NCBI RefSeq assembly: GCF_009914755.1
Contig: NC_060926.1
Direction: 5' to 3' (one strand)
Length of the DNA: 64,000 nucleotides
Origin: the human T2T-CHM13v2.0 reference genome, Homo sapiens
Part shown: piece by piece, positions 47,561-64,000 of the stretch
How positions within the stretch are numbered: the first letter of the stretch is position 1
How the letters are laid out: the number at the start of each line of letters is the position of its first letter
Program-made: the position numbers and the translations under genes
Notes under the pieces: generated by a model
What the model was told of the DNA's origin: nothing
Databases searched by the model: none
What the model saw: the letters and a program-made list of their open reading frames with translations, nothing else

Positions 47561-48502
47561 TGACTTATAAGCTGAATCCTCACAGCAGTCTTGGCAAGAC
47601 AGGATTGTCACCCCCACTTTGGATGGGAAAACCAAGTCTCAGAGGAGAAAATAATTTGCCAAAGGTGACACAGCTGGCTTGGTGCCTGAGTCCATGCTAT
47701 TTCTAGTCCATGCTATCTGCCTCATCTCCATTTTAAATACAAGCTACTAGACGCTTCTTAAACACATCTGAACACAGTACAGTTCCAACAGATGCCCACT
47801 AATCTTGTCATTTTCAAACATTCTAGCAGTCCAGATGCCTCCTTGAATAAGCAGACTCCTTGAGGATAGGGCTTGTGTCCTTGTCTCAGGATGTGCCCTG
47901 GTCCCAGTAAGACAGACACGGCCATCTCTTAGCAAGAGTGTCAGTCCCTGCCATGTCCACAATGGCAGTCTGGGCCCTTTTACCGCAGTAAGCAAGCACA
48001 GGGGTGCCACGCCTCCTCAGAAAAAGCCTTTGCAATGAGGATTCTCACCTCCTCACTCACTGAGCTTGCCCTGCCCCTGCTGCAAGCTGCCACCAGGGCG
48101 GCACTCTGCACAGGTTATGAATGACGTGCCCATTGTGTGTCTGCCCAAGCTGCTCCTACCAAACCTTTCCCTGCCTCCTGATCAAGTTCCAGAAGCAGCT
48201 TCCAGCTCCTCCACTTACACTGGTGGCCCAGCTCTGTTTTCTCCCTTCCATGTCTACCCCATAAGCACTGCCTTGCCCTGGCTCCCTCTCACCATCTACC
48301 AACACAGCTGCACAGTGTACAGAGCACATCTGTGTGGATTCCGTGACACTGTCATGGAAAACACCTGCATATTCACCCCCAAGGTATGAGAAATAATGAT
48401 GGGCCATAAGGATCTAGGTCTTTGCTTTGGGATTCCCTCCCTCCAGAGTCTATTTAGCCCCAGGGCACATGGCAGCTCTCACCCCTATCGTCTTCCTAAC
48501 TA

Positions 48503-48673
<171 letters not shown>

Positions 48674-49225
48674 CTACAGAAACAAGTTGGAAGGTTTTTA
48701 TATATGAGGAAAAAAAAAAAGTCAACTGATCCAGAATTTAAATAAGTTCTGTAGATAATTTTGAAACATAATCACTCTTTTCTCCTCTTTATACCAGGGT
48801 CTATCTGATGCAGGCAGAGAGAGGTGAAGCAATAAACCTCAGAAAGGCATCTCTGGGTCTCCAGGACCTTGTGTGAGTTCTGCTAAGAGTCATCCTGAAG
48901 AATTAATACCAGGCATCAGTGACATTCAGTGCTGGGTGCCAGGAGCCCAGAGATGAGAGGGCCCTTGAACAGAGACTGACTTTGAGTCATTCATTTTTTT
49001 GGCTACAGAAATATGTCTCCACAAAACCATCCATACTCTTACCTGTTGGCCACTGACACCAGCAGCACACGTGGGATGTGACCTGGGAGGAACAACTGCC
49101 CCATATGGAATTCTGACTGTAGGTGGATTCCTCAGCTCTGGGGCTCTAAACATCGAGGTTCCCAGCCACAGACATGAAGGTTTGGTGCTTATAAGCGCCC
49201 AGCCACAATCACATAAAATCTCATT

Positions 49226-49546
<321 letters not shown>

Positions 49547-50007
49547 TAAAATCTCATTTCTTTTGGGCTTTGGGTCTGTCTTAATCTGAATGACTATTCT
49601 AAACTGTGGGGCTACAGCTTCTGATTGCAGAGTAAACCATCCCTGAGCTGGGCCTGCGGAAGTCTGTGCTGACATCCACCACCCATCATCAAGGGACACC
49701 AGGAACCAGGACAAAGGCTGCCGCGACACACAGGATCTCCAACTTGTAAAGAGAACTTCATCTAAATGCCTACTTTTGCCAGAGTAGGAAATGAACTTTT
49801 TTTCCTTTTATAAATAAGGAAATACAACTTAAAACTTCTACATCCCCAAAAGAACTGGAAAAACCTCAAATAGCCTTTATAGATTATCCATGATGCATGC
49901 AAATCCTCAGTCTGCTCCTTCCACTAACCCCAGGCAGTGCCCCCTATCCCTGGACATGTCGGAAATGAAAACATGCAGGAGAAGTTCCTTCAGCAGACAT
50001 GAATTCA

Positions 50008-50223
<216 letters not shown>

Positions 50224-50689
50224 TCAGTTATCTTGAAAACACATCAGAGGGAAAAAGGAGCTCAGGCTAGCTCTTCTCAAGTAGAAAGCCCTCGTCATGT
50301 AGGAATATCGTTACACCCAAAAAAATGACTGGCTACAGATGCACCTCCCAGCCTTCCCCACTGATTCTAGGTTTAGGCCCACCATTCTCTTCGGGATTCC
50401 CTCCTTTCCATTTTTCGTTTTCTTTTTGGACTATGCTTTTTCCTGCTTCAACATCTCTTACTCTCAGCACAGAGTCTATACAAGGAGCATCTCCACATTT
50501 CATGAAGCCCAAAGAGAGGTGCAAAGAAACCACTGCTATTTCCAAAAAAAGGCTGGAAGCAACTGTTTGCCAAGACACAGGCATGCTCCAAGAGATGAGC
50601 AGAAAGGAGAAAAGTGCCCTTCAGCCATTATTGTGCTGATTTCCCATAACACTAAGTTTTAAAAACTTCTCTTTAATTTCTAGCTCCCT

Positions 50690-52552
<1,863 letters not shown>

Positions 52553-54808
52553 CGCAGGATCATTTTAGAAGCGAGAAAACCAAGAAGAAAAAACACTACT
52601 TCATACATTTAAAGGCCAGAGACACAAAAAAAAGGTAAAAAGTACACATTGTAATGATCATTCTAGTACACAGGAGACAGCCACAATCTGCTGCCCTTCA
52701 CTGTGACAGACTGGCTTGGAATTGACAGTGCCAGGCAAATTAACGTCCCTGCCCAAGCAGATGCTCGGGAGGCTGCGGCTAAGGCACAAGCCTCAGGAGT
52801 GCTGCAAATGTAGGTGGGGGAGGCCCCTGGAGTGAGGCTCCAGAAGACTGGAGGAGCATTGCTGTGGGAGGAAGGATGGGGAGAGAATAGTTCTTAAATA
52901 AGGCAAAGTAAATATAGGAACTGTCTCATTGCCCTGCTCAAATTGGCACTAATGTGACAGAACACAAACCCACAAAGAAAACAGGAGAAGAAATAACAGC
53001 AGATGAGAGAAGTGGGTAACATTTCAGAAGCTGAAAAGCAGACAGATGCAGGCACAGTACCTGAGCTAACAGACTAGAGAAAGCAGAAGCTGGAGCCGGC
53101 AGGAGGGAAGACCGATACAAAACCCGCCGCCTCTGTGTCCTCTGCAGCACGCAGGAGGGCTCAGGAACTAGTCACCAGTTGCCTGAGAAGGTGGGGAGGT
53201 GCACAGGAGGACTGGCAGTGTGTGAGTGTGAGGAGCAGTTGGGTCCGGCCGGCAGCAGGCAGGCCACCTCCACTGGTGGGGCACTGGAGGCTTATTCTCC
53301 AGGGATGCCCGGCAGAGATGAGGGAAAAGGCAAGACTGAATGCAAAGATTCCACAAGCCCTCCTCTTCCCCTAACACACGGTGGTGCCCAGGGGACTGAA
53401 AAATTCCTCACTGAAGAAACCGTCCAGCCCAAGAGAAAAGTCCTAGAGATACTGGCATTTGGCAACCTCCTGAAGAAATAGCCAGGCCCTGCCCAGCCAC
53501 TCTGGTGAGGTCCACAAGCTGGCAAACCCACTAAGCCACACAGAAAGGCCTGCCAGGTTTTCAGTGACTTTAAACCAATAAAATACAGTCAAGGATTACC
53601 AAAACTCAGAAAGACTCAAAAGACAGGTAAAAACAATTAAGACAAAAAAATGAAGAAAAGAGACATGGCAGGAAACAGACGGAAGCTTCAAAAGTTTTCA
53701 AAGCCTCCGAGAAGACACTCTATTCACAAACAAAACAAGAACAGTTACCAGGAAAGAACTCTCAGAAATTAACAAGTCTCAATACAAGGGTTAGAAGACA
53801 AAGAGATAAAAAAGTAGAAAAAAGATAAGCAAACTGGAGAAGCTGTTCAGAGGATCTAACATCTGATGAATCAAAATTCCAAGAAGGGACTACATAGAGA
53901 AAGTGATTAACAACAAAAAAACAGAAATTCTCAGAACTGAAGGACACGAGTTTCCAGATGGAAAGGATATACTGAGTGCCCATCACGATGAAAGAAAAAA
54001 CATTAAGAATATCACTTTCAAATTTCCAAAAAGAGAGAAGATCCTACCAGTTTTCAAGGGAAGGAAAACGCACAGCCACCACAGCAGACAACACACTGAG
54101 AGGAAGCAAAGGGCATCAGACTGCCAAACTGCTGCACTGGAAGCTCCAATGTTAGTTCTAGGACCTGGCCAAACTACTGATCAAGTGTAAAGTCGAGTAA
54201 AGACATCTGTAAACATGTGAAGTCTCCAAAGCTTCTCCTCCTACATCCCTTCTCTCAGGAACCTACTGGAACATGTGCTCCATCAAAATGAGTAACCAAG
54301 AGGGTGGAGATTTCAGGGTGGGAAACACAACAAAGAGGCCCAGGGAAGTCATGGGGTAGTGTCCAAGGGAAACCCCATGGTAACAGCTGGTGGTGTCTCT
54401 AGTCCTAGACAGCAAGCAGGCCAGAACAGAGTAAGCGAATGGAGTGCTGGTGGGGATCCCACTGGGGAAACAGAAAAACAGAACTGAGAAATTACCTGAC
54501 CCTACTGAGTTTATGGTTATGTGAAGACTTTGGAGGGGAATAATTATTCAATGCACAGAAAACCAAGCAAAAACAATGACAAGGCAATTATTAACTCCAA
54601 GGCAAAAAAACATTTACAAAAAAGAAAATGTAAGGCCGGGCATGGTGGCTCACACCTGTAATCCCAGCACTTTGGAAGGCCGAGGCAGGCAGATCACGAG
54701 GTCAAGAGATCGAGACCATCCTGGCCAATATGGTGAAACCCTATCTCTACCAAAAATACAAAAATTATCCAGGCTGTGGTGGCGGGTGCCTGTAGTCCCA
54801 GCTACTCA

Positions 54809-55081
<273 letters not shown>

Positions 55082-56394
55082 CTAAACCCTCAACTCCTAC
55101 AGTAGGAAGTTAATAGGCAATTTCTATAACTGATCATCAAGAAATTACTACATAAGCTATTGCTTAGAAAGATGAAGGCTGGCCAGGTGTGGTGGCTCAT
55201 GACTCTAATCCCAGCACTTTGGGAGGCCAAGGCAGGAGGAACTGCTTGAGCTCAGGAGTTTGAGACCAGCCTGGGCAACATAGCAAAACCCCATCTCTAC
55301 AAAAAACAAAAATTAGCTGGGTGTGGTGGTGCGTGCCTGTAGACCCAGCTACTCGGGAGGCTGAGGTGGAAGGATTGATTGAGCCCAGGGGGTCAAGGCT
55401 GCCGTGAGCCGTGATTACACCACTGCACTACAGACTGGGTGACACAGTGACACCCTAACTCCAAAAAAAAAAAAGAAAAAAGGAAGAAAGAAAGAAATAT
55501 GAAGGTAAACAACAAAAAAGAGTCAAAAGCGGCTGTCTTCAAGGAATAGAATTGTGGGTGGGAAAATAGAAGCAGGGAATTGCTGTTTTTCACAATAATC
55601 TAAATGTTGACTTGGATTAAAAAGTCTTTCTAAATTAAATAAAGGTATAATTTTAGAAACTTAAGAAATTTAATCTTTCTATGAGTTTGTCTTCCCTTCT
55701 ATAAAATGGGAACAACATTTTATATGGCTGAAGTGAGGATTAAGTAAAACCTATGTATAGTACCCATAGCACATAGCTTGACCTGTCTCCATAGAGGGCC
55801 TGGCCTTCTGCAACACTTACAGCACCTGAAGTCCTGTGTCACTGTAGGAGCAAGCGCAGACCTCTTCCTCCTTACTTGGCAGAGCTTTACAAAAGCCAGG
55901 TTTTAAGCACAAATATTTGGGTGGAGCCATGGGTTGATGAGGATACTGCGTGGGCATTTCTAAGCTCCTTCCAGATGCCAGTCCGTACTTGGGATGCCAG
56001 CCCAGCCCATCTTGCCTTCCCAGCCCCTAGGCCATCCAGTCTGGCCTCCTCTCCACCCACAGAGCTCACACAGCCCAAAGCTCCAAATGCCAACTCCCAC
56101 CCACCTTTGGAGCCCAGATCTTCCATGGGGCCCCACCCAGCTCAGTCCAAGTCTCTGCTCCCTGTTCTTTGGGCTCAAGGTGACTAGCCCCCCTTTTCTC
56201 TATGCTCTAACCTCTGACTCCAACCACCTACTTCAGGTCTTCCCTGGTTTCTGAGACCAGGGCCACAGAACAAGATCTTTGGAGCCCAAGAAGTTCCTGA
56301 GAGAAAAACAAAAAAACAAAACAACAGCCACCTTCTGCACTCTCAATGGGGAAGAGAAACTGGCCTGGAGGAAGCTCCAAGTTTTCAATTCTTA

Positions 56395-56622
<228 letters not shown>

Positions 56623-57570
56623 TCATTTTACAAGTTTAAACACCACACAATTTAAAACTTTTGAAGACCTTTCTCTAGCAGAATTAGCTTTAAAACAAAA
56701 CCAGTCAGGTGCAGTGGCTCATGCCTGTAATGCCAGCAGTTTGGGAGGCTGAGGCAGGCAGATCACTTGAGGCCAGGAGTTCAAGACCAGCCTGGCCAAC
56801 ACAGTGAAACCCAGTCTCTACTAAAAATACAAAAATTAGCTGGGTGTGGTAGTGCATGTCTGTAATTCCAGCTACGCAGGAGGCTAAGGCAGGAGAATCA
56901 CTTGCCCAGGAGGCGGAGGTTGCAGTGAGCCAAGATCACGCCACTGCACTCCAGCCTGGGTGACAGAGTGAGACCCTGTTTTAAAAAAAAAAAAATGCTA
57001 TGTGAATTAGAAATCAGTACAACTGAAAATAAATGCATGCACAAAACTAAACCCAACCTAATACCTCCTATTGAACTGGACGTTTTCACATGTTAACCAC
57101 TTAAAAGATTTTTAAATGCAATCACATCCAGGGAGTTATTTTCACACCAGCTGCAAGTGTGCGAAACCAGATTCTCAATTGGTAGTGTCAGCAATTCTTC
57201 CATTTAGGCCACACTTCCACACACGAGTCAGCACTGCTACTGAGTACCGCCACCTCTTCACACACTTCCCAGCAGGGCTGGGAGCATATCAGTTAGGCGC
57301 TTGGGGCTATCAGAGCAAAGCCCTTTGCTGCCAGGCTCCCAGGCAGCACTGTGGTATCAGGGGCCTTCATTCATCCCTGTGCCCTGAATGCTAATCCTCA
57401 CCCACAGAAATCCATGACTGGTAAACCCCATGGCTAGGAAAAAGAATCATCACAAATTCAGGGGTATGTGAGATATGTGACAAGACAGAAGATATGCAGC
57501 AAGTGGGTCTAGTACCACCCAACCACAGGGTGACTGAGGATCCTGTATGAAGTGGTAGCAGGTGAGCCTA

Positions 57571-57903
<333 letters not shown>

Positions 57904-58957
57904 TTATTTATTTATTTTAAAATATTTTTTGTAGAGATGGGGTCTCATTATATTGCCCAGGCTGGTCTTGAACTCCTGGCCTCAAGCAATCCCCCTGCCT
58001 TCGCCTCCCAAAGTGCTGGGATTACAGACGTGACCCACTGCACCCAGCCTACACTGTCACTTTTTCAAATGCTCATAGCTGTGCAACTTAACACTGGCTT
58101 ATGACACCACCTGAACTAACCCTTGGGTTTCAGGACCACAGAAGCTGGCTCTAGACAAGAATGACTAGGCAAATGCTTCACCATCACTTTCAGACCTGTC
58201 CAAAAGAAAATGAAAAGGAGAACAAGAGGGTGAAATGAGCTTAAGGAATCTCCAAGTTAATGAATCCCAGCATTCCCCTCACAACAGTTATCAGTAGAAG
58301 TACAGATGGCAATTTGAAATACAACCTGCAATACTTACTATTAATACCATTAAGCTCTAAATTACGCAAAGAATTTTCCCCTAACACTTGTACCCAGGTT
58401 ACTGAAAAGAAAGTTGACAATCTAGGGAGAGGAAGAAATGAAAGAAGCCAGCTCTTCTCAGCTTCCCATCATTTTCCCAGAAACCGAGAAGAAAGCCAAG
58501 CCCACGGGAGTGATGAAACTCCAGGAACTGTTCGCCCAAGCCCTCCGGCCCGCCTTAGGAAACTCCCCTCTCCAAACTTTACCAATTCAATCACTTTGGT
58601 CAACCAGCAACCTCTTTTTCTTCCTTTCTTTTGAACATTATAATTCTCTCTGGTTTATCAAATAAAATAAACACATAAAGGGTATGAGTTATTCATTTTT
58701 AAAAAACCTAATTTATGGATTTCCACGGGCTCACCTTTTAAAAATTCTAATACTCTGAAGCAAGGTTAAAATGTTTGAGTCATGCTTATCTTACAATATA
58801 ATTGAAAGTAGGGCTAATGATATTTCAGAAATAAATAGACACAAAAATCTAAGGAAAAAGAGGCCTGAATGCACCAAAACACAAAGACGTTCACAGTGAA
58901 ATAACATAGGGTTGCCTAACTCTAAGTAAATGTTTAGTTTTTACATCTACATGGTTT

Positions 58958-59015
58958 GCACACAACACCACATGCAAACACACACACACAAACACACACA
59001 CACACACACAACACA
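58958..59015. repeat. Imperfect (CA)n microsatellite
   Basis: CA-run interrupted by AA. Confidence 0.85.
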
Positions 59016-60329
59016 GAAAACAAAATCAGCTCAGGGTTATGTCTAAGGAAAGACTGTGCTGGCTCCAAAATACAGTAGCCAAGAACCTCAGACCAAGCTC
59101 CCCATGTTAGAGGGAAATGGTAGTCAAGGCAATGGCTACACCAACCCAGTGTGGGCCCCAGAGAGGCAACACTGGGGGACATACTGACCCAAGACAAGGA
59201 TAAGGCAGGTAGGACTCTGCCTGGACACCCGTGACCCCATCACACCCCTCTATTACACTCTCCTACAGCCCTGACAGCTGTCACAGGTGAATAACTCACA
59301 GCATACTACTCAATATATTTTTACAGACATGCAGCTGTGGAACCACCTAGATCAGGATATAGAGAACCAGGCACCCAGAGGTCTCTCCCCTGACCCCTTC
59401 TGTCAATAACTAGCACTCTTCCTTGAGGGAAACACTCCTCTGACTTCTGAGAGGGGTCTGCCTCCTTTCTGAACTTTGCATGAATGAAATCATAGTATGC
59501 ACTTTTGTGTGTGGCTTGTATCACTCAACATTATGTCATGGTTGTCATTTGGCATTTATTTGTGTGGTTACTTGGCTGTCCCTTCCACTTTGTCTCCAGT
59601 GCCAAGTACAGTGCCTAAACTTAGTAGGTTCTCAATAAATACCTGTAGAAATAATGAAACTGGCACAGTACCTAGCACACAGGAAGCACTTAATATACAC
59701 AAGTACCATAATATGAATCATTAATAAAAAGGCATAACAGAGCTCCTTTTGAAAAATCTGTAAAACAGCACAGCAATCTTTATCCTTTGAGATAAATCTC
59801 AAAGATTGATCACTCCACCTAACCCAACACAGCAGACGTTAAGACAGTCAGGAGACTTACTGTGACTTCCTAGCATTCCCTTATTTAACATTTGCTCTCT
59901 GGGACAATGAGCATGGCCAGGCCACTGGGCTTATGGGGCCTGTACTCAAAAATCCCTTAGAGTTTGTTGGTTTCACTCCGCAACTCAACCAAAGACTAAC
60001 TCATCCAGTGAACTAGACGAGAGACAGACAAACTCACAGACATATGTGAGTGTGAGATGCACCTTTTTGTACTTGTTCATCAGATAACCAATCCCAAATC
60101 TGTGCTGTTGTCCCCTGGAACCTGGGACCTGGGGCTTGGGTTAAAGAAAAACATGAACGTGTACCAAACATATAGTCAGACAGAATGCCTCAAGCCCTGA
60201 ACACAGCTTCCAACCAAACTGCTACAGAACAATTCCAGACTCCTTTGTGGGTAGTGATTCTCTGTACCATCAATTTTCAATCCTAGCAGACCCAATACCC
60301 ACCCTTCCACCTTTTTTCTTTTGAGTTTT

Positions 60330-61700
60330 TAAATTCTCACAGTAAAACTGACTTGGGGCGGGGGGTGGGGGGGGCACTTCTATGCATTTTAACATATTTA
60401 CATTTTTGTAACCAGCACCACAATCAGGGTACAGATAAAGACAGCATCCCCCAAAATTCCCCTGTGCTCTCCTTTAGAGTCATCCATCTCTGACCCCCCA
60501 CTTCTGGCAACCACTGATCTGCTGGCCAGCACTATACTGTCGTTGTATAAATGAAATCACACACTATGGAAGCTTTTGAGGCTGACTTCTTTCACTCAGC
60601 ACCATGCTTTTGAGATTCATCCAGGTTGCAACATGCAGCAAGTTTGTTCTTTTTCACTACTGAGTAGTGTTCCAGTGTATGGATGTACCACAGCTTGTTT
60701 ATCCAGACACCCACTGATGAGCACCTGGGTTTTGGATATTATGAACAGAGCTGCCATAAACATTCGTGTACAGGATTTTGTGTAAACCTCTTTTCATGTA
60801 TCCAGGATACACAGGAATGGGACTGATGGGTCATGTGGTAATTTCATAATAAATGGACAAACTGTTTTCCACAGTGACCATACACTTTGCAATCCATCCC
60901 TCCAGGAATGTGTGACAGTTCAGTTGCTGTGACCTCATCAGCACCCGCACATCAGTATTTTTTATTTTGGCCCTTCTAACTGGCATATGGGAGCATCCTG
61001 TGGTGGGTTTAAATCTGCAGTTCCCTGATGACTAATGAGGTTGAACCCTTTTTCAAGTGCTTTTTTGACATATGTATATCCTTTTTTGGTGAAATGTCTA
61101 TCAATTTCTTTGGCCTATTTCTTAACCTTTTTGCCATGGCCTGAATGCCTAACAGGAAACTCAAATTCACACATCTAAAGCCCAACTCCTGATAGTCACC
61201 TTCCAGACCAGCTCCTTTGAGAGTGTTCCCCATCTCAATTAATGCCCACTGTATCCTCCCTTTGTTCAAGCCAAAAACCTTAGTGTCATTCTTGATTTCT
61301 CTCTGATTCCACACCTGACCTGTCAATTAAAGCTTCACAACATATCCAGAGTCGGATCACGCCTTCATCCTTACTGGGATTCCACAAACTCACCTCACCG
61401 CTTCTGTCTTGCTTCCTTCAGTCTATTTCCAGCACAGCAGCCAGGGCAGTATTTTTACAGTGTAAAGTCAACTCATGTCATGCTCTGCTCAAATCCCTCA
61501 GATGGCTTCACACTAAGAGTACAAGCCAAAGTTCTTGTCGTGGCCTACAAGGTCCTACAAGACCTGCCCCAATACCGCTAATCTTCCTCAGCCTTGACTA
61601 CTGTTCCTATGCTCTCCTCTGGCCGCATGGCCACCTTGTGCTGTCTCACTATGCCAAGTACTTTCCCACAGCAGGGCCCACACCCTGGGCTTCCATCAGA
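60330..61700. mobile_element. Old L1M 3' fragment (-, ~60330-61130) followed by an L2 fragment (~61130-61700)
   Basis: ctggcaaccactgatctg / cttctttcactcagc (L1M); ctcaaattcacacatctaaagcccaactcctg / caagccaaaaaccttagtgtcattcttga (L2). Confidence 0.7.
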
Positions 61701-61906
61701 AAGACCTCCAATCCCTCCCTGGCCAGCTGTGAACATCTCTAGGTATCTCCAGAAACCCATCAGGGCTGAAGAGCTCTCATGCACAGAAAGAACCAGATGC
61801 TGGGGCCATTTTGACATTTTGAACACTACCTGTGAAAATGCCTCAGATTTCATTTTGTTCATAGTAACCTCTATTAGACTCCTTAATTTACCCTAATCTG
61901 TTCATC

Positions 61907-63783
<1,877 letters not shown>

Positions 63784-63894
63784 GAACTATTAAAAGCTTT
63801 ACCCAGCAAGCCAGCAAGTCTTTCTAGCCAGTTGGGTGGGCTACACAGCAGTCCCTTTCCCAACCTAACAACTGGAAATTGGTTTGTCTGTTCA

Positions 63895-64000
<106 letters not shown>

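Overview
Human (or very closely related great-ape) genomic DNA. Positions ~34.5-64 kb hold the 3' half of ERCC3/XPB (TFIIH SF2 helicase/translocase) on the minus strand: the end of exon 8 plus exons 9-15. All splice sites are GT-AG, the frame is continuous to the stop at 34812, and a poly(A) signal follows. Positions 1-34.5 kb are TE-dense intergenic DNA with a full-length processed WBP11 pseudogene (14-bp TSDs, stops, Alu insertions), a two-LTR THE1 MaLR element, a second truncated inverted THE1, old L1 fragments, a MADE1 MITE split by an Alu, and about 55 Alu/FLAM copies window-wide. I found no convincing new biological system. The best second-look items are mostly mutational scars: a ~305-bp locally templated insertion inside the pseudogene, a 5'-inverted Alu, a recent 180-bp tandem duplication and snap-back hairpin scars. 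The others are a strong 5' splice site recreated at the ERCC3 exon 11/12 junction, an unexplained 40-bp direct repeat bracketing exon 11, and a 56-aa WBP11/Alu chimeric smORF. Exon and TSD coordinates were read base by base. Repeat boundaries and subfamily names are by-eye estimates, and protein comparisons are from memory of the human sequences.
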